Source: Phyllobates terribilis
Lineage: Eukaryota
Assembly (NCBI RefSeq): GCF_046119375.1
Contig: NW_027362767.1
Coordinates: 264,926,001 to 264,990,000, forward strand
DNA length: 64,000 nucleotides
Direction of reading: 5' to 3'
Every line of letters begins with the position of its first letter. The first letter of the stretch is position 1. This document shows positions 45,210 through 57,028 of the stretch, piece after piece. A program made the translations under genes and the position numbers. The notes under the pieces are model-generated. The model had not been told where the DNA came from. It saw nothing but the letters and a program-made list of their open reading frames with translations, and made no database searches.

Positions 45210-48200
45210 CTGCAAAAAGAAGAAAAAAAAACAAAACATAAGTCTATAGAGCTCTAGTCACATCCAAAATGTGTGCAGAATTAAGTCATTGCACCATCTC
45301 CTGATGCCAGTGTGACCAGGACCCCCATAATGCTGTGTCTTCATCACCTTGGGGCTCCCCCGTATTAAGTCTGGATGGAATATATATATAATATATTGTG
45401 CGTATAATTTAGGCTCAGTCTCACCGTCATTGATGGTTCTTCTTCTATCAGCTCAAAATTGAGTTGTTTGAAGTAAACAACGACCTTCACAAAATTATCC
45501 CTGGGGGAAATAAAAGACAGATTGGGGAACATTTTTAAAGGGCTGGTAATTCTAATATCAGCTTCTAATAGTGCAGAATCCTGAAGAGGCAGATAACAAG
45601 GAGCAGTAGACTGAATTCGATGTTTAAACCAGTGGAGGCAAGATACCTGATAAGAGCTGGATCATCCGCCACATCTTTCATTTGTCCTCCCCATTCCTTA
45701 AGGTCCTTAGAGAAATTTTCCTAAAAAGAGAGAAAAGTAATTTTCAGCTTCTACCAGTGGCAACATGCACCATTTGGATAAGTTATACCTTATTTTCAAC
45801 AGTCTTGGACCTTAGAGGACCCCCTGGTCTAATATGTGACACTTACAATAAAAGCGGTGGACGGCCACTGGGATCCGGACACGGTCAGCTCATAAATCTC
45901 CTCTCTGTTATAAGGAAGCAAAGAATATAACATAATTATCTGCTTCTGGAAAAGTGGCGCATGCACGGTGGTAAAGTAGCAGCACCGGAAATAAAGACGT
46001 CCCCGGAGCAATGAGTCGCAAGTACAAGCCACAGTCAGCTCTGGAGTGTGAATTTTTTAACAAACAGGTCTGAATTAATTTAGAGGTCTCATCTGGGGTC
46101 TTTATTAGTTTAGGGGTCTTCTCAGTGGTCTATATTTAGAGGTCTAAATTAACTTTGGGGGTCTTAATTTATGTGGTTTGGGGTCTTTATCTAGGGATCT
46201 GTTTTGAGGTCTACATATGTTTAGGGTTTTGGTCTTGGGTCTGAATTTATTTAGGGGTCTGGTCTGAAGTCTCAGTAAATTTAGGGGTCTCTATTAATTT
46301 AGGGGTCTGATCTGAGGTCAGTGAATTTAGGGGTCTGGTCTAGGGTGTGAATTAATTTGGGGTATGGTTTCAAGTCTATATTTAGAGGTTTCTTTAGGGG
46401 CCCGGTTTGGGGTCTAAAATTATTTTAGGTCCTGGTCTGGGGACTGAAATAATTTTGAGTGCATCCCTGTTTCTCTCATTCTTCTTCACAACTTATTAGA
46501 CAAGATGAGGACAGACTGTGGCTGCTGGCGCAGACACAGAGGACTGGGCATCAGTCAGATGTTGGAGGAGGGAGGCATAAACAGACAACTCAGGACTTCC
46601 ATATCCCCCTACTAACAAGATTCCTGCAAGAACCCTTGGTGGGAGCGGTAATGGGGGCCATATTGTCTTTTCCTCAGCTGTCCCAGGAAGAGATATAGCG
46701 GACTCTGTTCTGGTCAGTAACATCTTGTCTCCTCTGCTCTTGGTAAACTTGTGGCCCAGTCTGACTCGTCATGTGATTCAGAAAAGCAGAATTGGCTAAA
46801 ACGTCGTGTCAGCTGGAAACAGACAGGAAATTCTAGACCCGTGTCATGTGCTCTGCCGCTGCGTCGACACATTTGATGACTCAGCAATCAATAGTTAAAG
46901 GGGCATTGATTCACATCCTTATCCAGATGGGACGTGTCCTTCAAACTTTTGCTAAGTGGTCTCCAACTTGCATCTCAGAGCATTCTGGGAGTTGTAGTTT
47001 CCCTGCACCTGCAGATCTACAGGAGGTCGATAGGTGCAGTTGACTTACTTGCACTGTAGGGGGCAGTAGCAGTTCAGTTCATCGTGCGCAAATTTAAATT
47101 CATAGAGCTTCACACAGTCACCTGGAAGCGAAAGACGTAGTGATCAGAGCACGGTCAGCTATGTTTGTGATCCCTCTTACTTTCAGCCCCCTTGTATGGT
47201 TTCTCTTGGAGGGTTGGGCATATTCCTTTCTAATCGCACACTAACATTTCAACAGACAACCCTCCTATGTGGTTAAATTAAAGGGGCAGTAAACCTGGTA
47301 CAATCAGCTTATTAGAGTCTTATAGGTTAAACACTTACCACCTGGAAAAGGCTGATAACAGAGAGGATATTTAATAACTTAATGATAAAGTAGTGGAATG
47401 AACGTACGGACGGCAGCATTGCTGAGGTTACACTTGGGGTACCCCAGCTCTTTTGGACAAGCAAACTCCCAGTGAATGCAGCCGCAATTGTCGATGATGT
47501 TCTGCTGGGCACACGTCCGTTTACAGGCCTGTGGGCGACAGGAAAACGGACAGCGAGGTCAGAGAAGACAGACACGCATGTATCGAGGGGCTGACCAAAA
47601 TTTTCCTTATACTGATCGCAAGCAGAGATGTTAAAAATGCAAAGGATCCCTGTTACAATGAGAATGCTTCATTGGTCTAAGACAGGGGCGGGGAACCTCA
47701 GGCCTTTTCAGGGAAGATTCCTGTGCTCTGCAGTGTTTGGGCCGGGAGCTGTGAATTGATGGCCACTGGCCTTTTAATTTCTTCTTGCTGTGTAAGCACG
47801 AGCACGTAGTGTTCACTACTGAACCCTGAGGCGCATGCAGTGAAGGGTTAATTCAGGGCCGGCTCCAGGTTTTTGTGGGCCCCGGGCGAAAGAGTTTCAG
47901 TGGGCACCTTTAGCCCATACCACGATTCATGATGCACAGATACGGCGGAGAAATATAGATATACAACACAGGGCCCAGCCTGCCACCTCATCCTTCACAT
48001 ATGCAAACATGCACGCACACACACAGTACGCAGACACGCACGCACACAGTACGCAGACACGCACACACACAGTACGCAGACACGCACACACACAGTACAC
48101 AGACACGCACACACACAGTACACAGACACGCACACACACAATACGCAGACACGCACACACACAATAGGCAGGCACGCAGGGACACAATACGCCGACGCGC

Positions 48201-51200
48201 ACACACACAATAACCAGACACGCACACACACAATACGCAGACACGCACACATACAATACGCAGACATGCACACACACACAATACGCAGGGACACAATACG
48301 CCGACGCGCACACATACAATACGCAGACACGCACACATACAATACGCAGACACGCGCACACACAATACGCAGACACGCGCACACACAATACGCAGGCACG
48401 CACACACACAATACGCAGGCACGCGCACATACAATACGCAGGCACGCACACACACAATACGCAGACACGCACACACACAATACGCAGACACGCACACACA
48501 CAATACGCAGGGACACTATACGCCGACGCGCACACACACAATAACCAGACATGCACACACACAATACGCAGACACGCACACATACAATACGCAGACACAC
48601 AATACGCAGGCACGCGCACACACACAATACGCAGGCACGGACGCAGGCACACAATACGCCGACACGCACACACACAATAAGCAGACACGTACACACAATA
48701 TGCAGACACGCACACACACAATACGCAGACACGCACACACAATACGCGCACACAATACGCAGACACGCACACACATTGCACAGACATGCGCATGCACACG
48801 GTACGCAGGCATGCACACACATACACACATGAACATAGTACACAGATATACACACACAATACGCAGACACGCACAGATACATACACATACACTCCCTCTC
48901 CCCAGTCCCTCAAGCTCGCTGCCTTGGGGTAACCCTGGACTCTGAACTCTCCTTCAAACCACATATCCAAGCCCTTTCCACGTCCTGCTGACTCCAACTC
49001 AAAAATATCTCCCGGATCCGCACATTCCTCAACCATGAATCTGCAAAAACACTAGTGCATGCCCTCATCATCTCCCGCCTTGACTACTGCAACCTCCTGC
49101 TCTGTGGCCTCCCCTCTAACACTCTCGCACCCCTCCAATCTATCCTAAACTCTGCTGCTCGACTAATCAACCTGTCCCCCCACTATTCCCCAGCCTCTCC
49201 TCTCTGTCAATCTCTTCACTGGCTCCCCATTGCTCAGAGACTCCAGTTCAAAACCCTAACCATGACATACAAAGCCATTCACAACCTGTCTCCTCCATAT
49301 ATCTCTGACCTAGTCTCCCGGTACATACCTGCACACAACCTCCGATCCTCACAAAATCTCCTTCTCTACTCCCCTCTTATCTCCTCCTCCCACAATCGCA
49401 TACAAGATTTCTCCCGTGCATCCCCCCCTACTCTGGAACTCTCTACCCCAACATATCAGACTCTCGCCTACCATTGAAGCCTTCAAAAGAAACCTGAAGA
49501 CCCACCTCTTCCGACAAGCCTACAACCTGCAGTAACCACCGCTCCACCATACCGCTGCACGACCAGCTCTACCCTCACCTACTGTATCCTCACCCATCCC
49601 TTGTAGATTGTGAGCCCTCGCAGGCAGGGTCCTCGCTCCTCCTGTACCAGTCGCTGTCACATTGTGTTCAAGATTATTGTAATTGTTCTTGTATTATACC
49701 CCTTCTTCACATGTAAAGCGCCATGGAATAAATGGCGCTATGATAATAAATAATAATAATAACATACATATTTGAACACATTCTTAAAAACACATATAAA
49801 ACAGACATAAATATATATATACACTGACATACACAGACATTCACATCATACATGCACACACACACATAAGAAATATTTTTTATATGGGGATTGGAGAAGC
49901 TCGCTCACCTGCCCCCCTGGCCTGTGTTTCGTCCAGCTCCTCAGTCATGTGGCAGTGCAGGGCCTCAGGCGTGTCACATGGCCCTGGACCATCTGGGGGG
50001 CCCACTCGCCGTCAGGGCCCGGGCCACTTCCCCCTTCATCTGTGCAGGGCCGCCGGTGCTGTTCAAGCCCTGCTCTGCTACATGCAGCAGCAGTAGTCAG
50101 TGTGCGGTCAGTGTGCTGCTGCACCACCAATCAGGACCAGTGCTGTCACTTTCCTGACATGGCCGCGCGCTGTGTCTGGTAGTAATGACGTGGCAGGTGC
50201 GAAACACAAGCACAATTAAAGGCGCAGTGTCGCCCCTGCGTGTCATTACTACCAGACACAGCCGCACAGCGTGCGGCCATGTCTTGAAAGTGACAGCACT
50301 GGGCCTGATTGGTGGAGCAGCAGCACACTGACCGCACACTGCTGCTGCTGCATGAAGCAGAGCAGGGCTTGAACAGCACCGGCGGCCCTGCACAGATGCC
50401 GGGGAAGCGGCCCGGGCCCCGATAATGAGTGGGCCCCCCTGATAGTCCAGGGCCCCAGCACTTGCCCGGGTACGCCGGGTGCGGACGCCGGCCCTGGGTA
50501 ACGTCCTGACACCAGTGCCAGCGTCAGGCCGTACTTTGTGGGCAGGGTTAGCTCACAATTTGTACGGCCCCCGAAGGATGATACAAATATCCAAATGGCC
50601 CTTGGCAGAAAGAAGGTTGACCACCCCTCCATTGGTTGTGTGTGGTACTGCAGCTCAGCACCATTGACTTTAATACCAGACGTAACCACGTTTTGCGGTT
50701 TCTGAAAGCTATTGTGTTTTTCTAATACTTCACATATGGCGGTAATGTTTGGGTTTGGTGGGGTTTTTTTGAGCACGGTAATGTGAATGAACCCATGATC
50801 TACCACAATACATATCAATATGTCTGCCGTGCTGTCAGTCCCAGCAGGACAAGCTGACCTCTCGCGTGTACCCAGATCCATAAACATCCTTATAGAAGTT
50901 CTTGATGTTCTCCCCTTCCGTGCACTGACTTATGTACGGGGATTTCAGCCTTTCAATGTGAACCTGCAAAACAGAACAACAAATCCAGCCATTACATTAA
51001 TATAATACAACATGGAGAAAAGTATTGGGCTAGCGTCTCAATTACTGAATTCTGGTTTCTCCTTCAGTCCTGTCGCCCCGGTGTATAACCTTCAGCCTCC
51101 CGCCATGCCGTTTGCCTTTACTAATGTGACAGAGTGGTCGGTGGTGCAGAGCTCAACTATACCAGCGCGGTCCTGTAATAGGAGTCACCGGTGTAACAAC

Positions 51201-54200
51201 TCCATTCCTGACATTTTTTCCTTCTGAATCTTCCCCCATCACCTGTGAGTGATATTACTGAGAAGTGGAAGGAATTGTAGCAACTCAGCCATGAAGTGGA
51301 GACCCCATAACGTTACAGAGCGGGGGGCTGAGTGCTGAGGAGCAGAGGGCAGAAAAGTCACCACCGCTCTGCTGACCCTAAAACTGCAGAGTCCAGACCT
51401 CCTCTGGTATCAGCACTAACACTGCGCCCCGCCAGGAGCTTCATGGCCGAGCAGCTGCATGCAGCCGTACATCACCAAGCACAATGCCGAGCGTCGGATG
51501 GAGTGGTGTAAAGCTGCCACCACTGGACTCTGGAGGAGACGTGTTCTGTGCAGTGATGGATCTCACTTCTCTATCTGGCGTCTGATGGAGGAGTCTGGGT
51601 TTGGTAAATGCCAGGAAAACATTACCCCCTGACTACACAGTGCCCGCTGTACAGAGGGTGGAGGATAATGCTATGGGCTGTTATCAGGGCTCTGCCTTTT
51701 AATTCCACAAGTTAGACATTGTGGACAATTGTAGCTTCAGCTTTGTGGGAACTTTGGGGAAGACCCTTTTCTGTCCTCATGACTGTGCACAGTGCACAAG
51801 CTCCATACAGACATGGGGGGGAGAACATGACCGGCTGCACAAAGCCCGGACCTCAGCCCCATCCAAGAATGGAGATTGTGAGCCTGGCCTCCCCCCAACA
51901 TCAGAGTCTGACCTCGCAAATATCTTCAGGATGAAGGGGCAAAAATTCCACAGTCTCCTCCAAAATCTGGTTGAAATCCTTTCTAGAAGAGCAAAGCCGT
52001 TATATCTGCAGTGGGGACGACTCCATATTAATGTCTATGGGTGTAGCTAGAGGACAGAAAAGCTCCTGGAGGATGGTGAGGGGGGCACATACTTTTCTTT
52101 ATGTAGTTTCCACTATGATTGTTTGCTTATGACCAGGGTGCCATCTAGTGGTCAGTAGGTGGAAACATCTTTGTGGAACCGATCTCTTTTTTTCGGATCA
52201 ATCCTATAAGAAGACTAGTGGTGTAGCTATAGGGCTAGATCCATGCCGTGAGGGGGTCCTGAAGGTCCTTCTACAACATAAAAGGACAGCAGCTCTACAT
52301 ATGTTATGCACGCAGAACTACAAGGGTAGCTGCTGACAAAAAGTTGGGAGTACCCTTTGCTTCTTGATGCAGGGGCTTGTATATCATAGATCTTGAAGGG
52401 ACTCAAAATTTTGCAAACCATGGGAGGAGAAATTTACCCCAGAGTTATAGAAAGAAGATGCAAGGGTTACCAAGCACCTGGCTCCCTGGGCGGAGTGGCA
52501 GAATAATGGTGGACCATTGTGATTTTTACCATGAGGAACGGGTGGCGTCTTATATCAGTGATGACATGGGGGGGGGGGGGTTCAGAACAGGAGCGGAGGA
52601 TATAGACCTCTGTATGAGATCTGTTACATGACACTGGCCCTTTAAGGCATGTTGTTACCTTCATCATGCCGATATCGGTTTCAGCTCCAGGTGGAACATT
52701 GACACCTTCATCCTCAGGGAACGGCATCTGGGTCTGATCGTGAATGAGGAGACGGATGCCAGCGGAGTGCGTCATGTCCCGCACATATTCAATCTGCTGA
52801 ATGAACAGCTCCAGGTGCAGACCTGCTGGGCACACGGACGGGTCAATACCCAAAACCATTGAAGACAGGGTCAAGGTTTATGTGGGCAATGGAGCCTATC
52901 CTACACTCACTGGGCCATTTCTTCTGCCAATGTGACAGCGCCTCTAGTGCCTTCCAGCAATCACAACCTTTTTCTACTGTCTGCAGTGCCCTCCCCCTTA
53001 CCATTACAGCCCCTGAAGCCCCATATAAAGCTAAGGGAACTGCATATAAAACGAATGCATTTTCTGGAAAGCGTAGACCCACCCATCCCCCTCCGTCGTG
53101 CAAGATTATTCCAGAACCTTCTAAAAATACAGCATCAAAACGGCCTTGCAGGCAGGTACAGAAAGTCCGTCCATTACTATTATACCGGCTTATTAGTAAT
53201 AACCAGGTCACCATTAATGATACCGCCATCTCCTGCTCAGCAGCCACACCTGGTAATTCACAGCTCGCTCCTATCTGCACTAGAATATGCAATAGCAATC
53301 TGCTCTGATTATTGAGGTTTTTTTCCTGCCATTTTTGATGCTTTTTTGTGCAGATTTGAAGCAGTGTTATTTTTAGTGCAGAAACGCTGGGATTTCTGCT
53401 GTTAAAAACAGAGTGAAATCTGGATCGACAGAAAAAAACGATATGCTATGGATGGAAATATCCACATTGTGGGACAGTTTGCATGCAGAAAATATCCAGA
53501 ATGTATAGATTTGTTGAAATCTGGTAATGTATTATTTTCTGCACTCAAATCTGTGTTGAAAAATCCAGAAGTCTGCAATGTATGAACTTCACCTAAGGGC
53601 TCGCTCACACAAGCGTATAACACAACCAAGTGCTATGCATTGTTTTATCACATAACACTCGGCCCAGTGTTACTCTATGGGGCAGCTCAGATCTGTAATT
53701 TTTTTTTCTCATGCCGATTCGGCATAGTAGAACAATCCCAGCATGGTGCGGGTGCATCCGAGAATCGGATCTCACTCACTCATACAAGTTTATGGGTGCA
53801 TGTGAAACATCGGACAGCACTCGGATGTCATCCAAGTGCAGTGAAATTCCCTCAGATTTCGGCAATGGAGGAGATGGAGAAATTACTTTCTTTGTCTCTT
53901 CCGCACCTAGGCTGCGATTCCCTCATGCAGCACAGCGCACGGACACTCTGACAGAGTTTGATCCTAGTGTCATTTGCATAATCTGCTCCGATTTTCTCGC
54001 ACGAGAGACCATACGCTCGTGTGACCCCGGCCTAAACCAGAAACACACAAACTCAGGACTTTCGTTCCAATGACTTTACTGTCACCCTGAGCCCTCCCCT
54101 CCTGAGCCTGGCATACATAACCATGGTGGGGGTCCTTACCGTACATAAACCCTGCTTTGGTGATGTTGAGTGGCAGGTTGTTCGCTGGGTTCCCTCGATA

Positions 54201-57028
54201 ATCTGTTGGCTTCAGGGAGTTGAAGGTATAACAATTCCCAAATTTATAGTTAATAAAAGTGGAGAAGAAACTAAAAAAAAAAAGAAGAAAAGTAGTAAGA
54301 ATCCAGCACAACTGTCCAGCTCTGACAATCCTCCATGAGCTGTGAGATGTGGGCTACTACTGGAAAGTTCTGGAGGTTTCTAATGGACTTTATCGGGCCA
54401 ATTCATCATTGTTTTTAGCCCCTCATATAAGGTTCTAAGGCTACGTTCACATGCTGTAGACAGCATTTTTTTTTCAGCTGCAACAATGACAAAAAATACA
54501 ACAATTTTTTTTTTAAAGCATTTTTCTGCAAAAAAAATGCACCCTAATCACAAGGTTTCAAACAAAGACTTACAGTGACTTTTTATTTGCATTATTGAGT
54601 CTGCACCCTTTATATCTTTTAACCTTACTTGGTTTTGAAAATTTTTTTTCTATTCGCCATTATGACTGCAGTTTTGGTTATCCAGATGTTTTCAGCCTAA
54701 TTCATCATTTTGTGGCTTTTCAAAACTTCGTCCAACTAGACTCCTGCACCTATGAAGTACAAAATCTGTCTCATTTGTTTTTCAGAGTTGAAGACTAATA
54801 AGTGACATTTTTAAGCTTATTGAAAGGATCATGCAACTGATGTGAGGAAAAAAAACGAGAGCCAAAAAGTAATCTTTGAATTTGAGTAAAATTCATTAAA
54901 GATCGTGATAAATTTTGCACAAAGTCCATCAACGCTATAAGAAAAGACAAAAACAAAAAATAGATAGCAAATGCTGAATTTTCCCGGATGCTTCAATCCC
55001 TTACCATATAAAGCAGATCTCTGATTTATATCAGTGAGTGGAAACATTACGGGTCTAAAATCCTGTACACACAAGGGCCCCAATTTGTCATTTTTTTGTC
55101 TTTTTGTGCTGATGAATTTTTCGCCAAATTTATCAAAATGGGGTCACAATGTTTACTAAATTCAAAGATGCTTACTTTTAGTCGCCTTTTTAGAGTGAAA
55201 AATCTCACAATCCTCGCAATAAGCTGTATCTAAAAAAAAATTACAGATTTTGCACTCCACTAGAGTGCTGGGGTCCAATTGTACAAAAATTTTGTGATAT
55301 ATCAAGAAGTCGTAAATGATGAATTTGGGCTAAAACATCTGGATAACCAAAGCCACAGCCATAATGTGGACCAACAAAAAAAGCTGCACTGTAAGGCGCA
55401 AATTTAAATAATGAATAGAGTGCAAATAAAGTATTTTATAAGAACAATTTTCCCCCAGAAAAAAGGTGCTGCAAAAGTGAGGATGACCTGTCCCCTGGAA
55501 GTTTTGATATTCTGAGAGCGGACAGTACAAGGATTGACCGTTTTTTGCTTGATCCTATTATTATAAGAAGCTACATAATGGCTCCATTAGTGGGGTGCGC
55601 ACCGATGTCTCCGCCAACTGTTGTCAGATGATTAAAGAAAGACCGTAAAAGATCAGAGGAAAATCAGCCAGGAGTCACTAGTGGATTAATGAGGTGCAGG
55701 AAAGCGAGGTGGAGCGAGGGAGCGGCCTCTTTATAGCCAACGTAACTCTGAGTGGCTGATAACAGAGAATACCTGATGTATTAAAAGCATCAGTCTCCTT
55801 ACAACTGATATGGTTCAGGAAACCTTACATAACAAGGAAAAATATATCATTAGGAAAGGGACAGTAAGGGATCTGTTACTTTCTCTGAGTGAGGATTTGC
55901 TAACACATGCATGCTCAGACAGAGTGCATATGTATATGGGGGATGTCGGGAGAAGTAGCTGCCGGATGAATGAGATATCAGTATATCCTGCCGTACCTGG
56001 CGTTGCATTCCTGACCATGGAAGTTGCAGAAGATCAGCATGTCATCCAGCTGGTGGCCCATCTCTACCTTCTGCTCATCTGGTAACTGGTTAAATTCCGA
56101 GGCGAACCTGTTGAAGGCGCCGGCGTACTGGACGCTGTCATCTTGACATTCAGACGTTGAGTTGACGTGAGAGCGATTTCTCCGGTGGTTCATCTCTAGA
56201 CCTGAGTCCTAGGAAGGAAAAGAACAAATTGGAACTCTTTATAGTAACTGCTTACTGACAGTGAATGGGAACATACTCCGTCCAGACCTAATCCATCTCA
56301 CATGGCCTGCCATGTTTTTGCGCATGTCCAAAAAAGACAGGACGGAGGCCAGACCGTGTCCAAAGTGTATCTGCCAGCTTCATGGAAATGAATAGCTTTG
56401 TTGGGGATTCCAACAGAGACCGTGACGTAGAGCTCAGCGTTGAGGACTGAATATGTGTGAATCTAGCCTAAACTGGATGTAATTGTAACCAAACTTCAGC
56501 TCTGGGACATATAGTTAGGTCACGCACAAGGAAATTAGCAAAAATTACTCTTCCTAAGTTTGTCACACGTTACGCTGGAGGACAGGGGAAGTGTAATATG
56601 TTGATAAATATGATGCATGCTTAGACCGCCATATTTTTCGACGATCGCATGTACATAGGTGGAAGAATTCGCACCTGTAGGGAGGTAGTCATCGCAAAAC
56701 TCTTCTTGATGGAGGACAGTTTCACGCTGTTCAGATTGCAGATAGTGATGGCTGGGAACTTCAGCTTGGCACTGGAGATGAGCATAATCTTTTCATGGGA
56801 TGGGTAGGTGTAGTAGGTCATGACCATCTCGGTGCACTGCCAGAGGGCGCAGCACAGGGCGAAACTCACAAAGAACAACCAGACCAGGCGACGGAACCAG
56901 TGCCGAGAGCGGAAGATGTTGGGAATCCCATGGGCCGAGGTGTGCTGCAGGACGGTATGGCCCAGCTTCCTTAACGTCCTGGCATCATATGAGGAGGACG
57001 CCAGGACCGTCATCTCCGGGTAACCCAT
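45000..57028 (-). CDS. Divergent DEG/ENaC-family (amiloride-sensitive sodium channel-like) subunit, complete 11-exon CDS (1578 nt, 525 aa)
   Basis: join(complement 56675-57028, 55997-56208, 54140-54270, 52659-52822, 50859-50963, 47408-47528, 47049-47121, 45847-45904, 45647-45720, 45425-45500, 45000-45209). All GT-AG and in frame with no stops; Kozak ACA-ATG-G. Motifs: TSAHG, TM1, FPAITICNLN, GHQLDDMLIFCNFHGQEC, FGNCYTFN, GIRLLIHDQ..PFPEDEG, Cys-rich thumb, SQWPS, TM2 ISNMGGLVGLWVGFS. Confidence 0.95.
45425..45500 (-). CDS. DEG/ENaC-like exon 10
   Basis: TTTCCCCCAG / GTGAGA, 76 bp; DNFVKVVVYFKQLNFELIEEEPSMT. Confidence 0.93.
45647..45720 (-). CDS. DEG/ENaC-like exon 9 (knuckle)
   Basis: TCTTTTTAG / GTATCT, 74 bp; its phases fit both neighbours. 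Confidence 0.85.
45847..45904 (-). CDS. DEG/ENaC-like exon 8
   Basis: TATAACAG / GTAAGT, 58 bp; EEIYELTVSGSQWPSTAFI. Confidence 0.93.
46060..46450. repeat. Degenerate short-unit satellite (TTAGGGGTCTGGTCTGAGGTCT-like)
   Basis: Repeated TTAGGGGTCT / GGGGTCT motifs within the channel intron. Confidence 0.6.
47049..47121 (-). CDS. DEG/ENaC-like exon 7
   Basis: CGCTTCCAG / GTAAGT, 73 bp; DCVKLY...NCYCPLQC. Confidence 0.93.
47408..47528 (-). CDS. DEG/ENaC-like exon 6 (thumb)
   Basis: CCCACAG / GTACGT, 121 bp; ACKRTCAQQNIIDNCGCIHWEFACP...KC. Confidence 0.94.
48010..48890. repeat. (CA)-rich degenerate minisatellite (ACACACAATACGCAGACACGC)
   Basis: Directly visible ~21-bp units. Confidence 0.95.
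48893..49762 (+). mobile_element. L2-clade LINE 3' fragment (RT C-terminus plus (TAA)n tail)
   Basis: HALIISRLDYCNLLLCGLP...LQSILNSAARL...LHWLP...FKTL; ends TGTAAAGCGCCATGGAATAAATGGCGCTA..(TAA)n. Confidence 0.92.
50859..50963 (-). CDS. DEG/ENaC-like exon 5
   Basis: TTTTGCAG / GTCAGC, 105 bp; VHIERLKSPYISQC...GYTRE. Confidence 0.93.
51430..52045 (+). mobile_element. Highly decayed Tc1 transposase remnant
   Basis: Residual PYITKHNAERRMEWCK and PDLSPIQ motifs with many deletions. Confidence 0.7.
52659..52822 (-). CDS. DEG/ENaC-like exon 4
   Basis: CCCAGCAG / GTAACA, 164 bp; LHLELFIQQIEY...PPGAETDIGMMK. Confidence 0.95.
53596..54031. mobile_element. MITE (T2-like)
   Basis: Imperfect TIRs GGCTCGCTCACACAAGCG / CGCTCGTGTGACCCCGGCC with TAA flanks. 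Confidence 0.55.
54140..54270 (-). CDS. DEG/ENaC-like exon 3
   Basis: Poly-T AG / GTAAGG, 131 bp; NYKFGNCYTFN. Confidence 0.95.
55997..56208 (-). CDS. DEG/ENaC-like exon 2 (finger)
   Basis: CCTTCCTAG / GTACGG, 212 bp; ...GHQLDDMLIFCNFHGQECNA. Confidence 0.92.
56675..57028 (-). CDS. DEG/ENaC-like coding exon 1 (HG motif, TM1)
   Basis: ATG at 57028, donor CAG/GTGCGA, 118 codons. Confidence 0.92.

Larger units (their letters stand above)
47854..50496. mobile_element. Composite non-autonomous element with CAGGGCCGGC termini containing a CA-rich minisatellite, an L2 insertion and a long palindrome
   Basis: CAGGGCCGGC at 47854 and GCCGGCCCTG ending at 50496. The putative 8-bp TSD matches at only 5/8 positions. 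Confidence 0.5.

Noticed and set aside
47927-49036. 369-aa and other Cys/Val-rich ORFs
   Set aside because: Translations of the (CA)-rich minisatellite running into an antisense L2 fragment.
52843-53315. Overlapping 127-151 aa ORFs on both strands in channel intron 3
   Set aside because: No recognisable motif, and the flanking exons join in phase without them.
45000-57028. Assigning SCNN1A/B/G/D or an ASIC symbol to the channel gene
   Set aside because: It lacks diagnostic features (GRIP domain, PPxY, canonical filter triplets, ASIC GAS motif) and known synteny. The symbol is left blank pending phylogeny.
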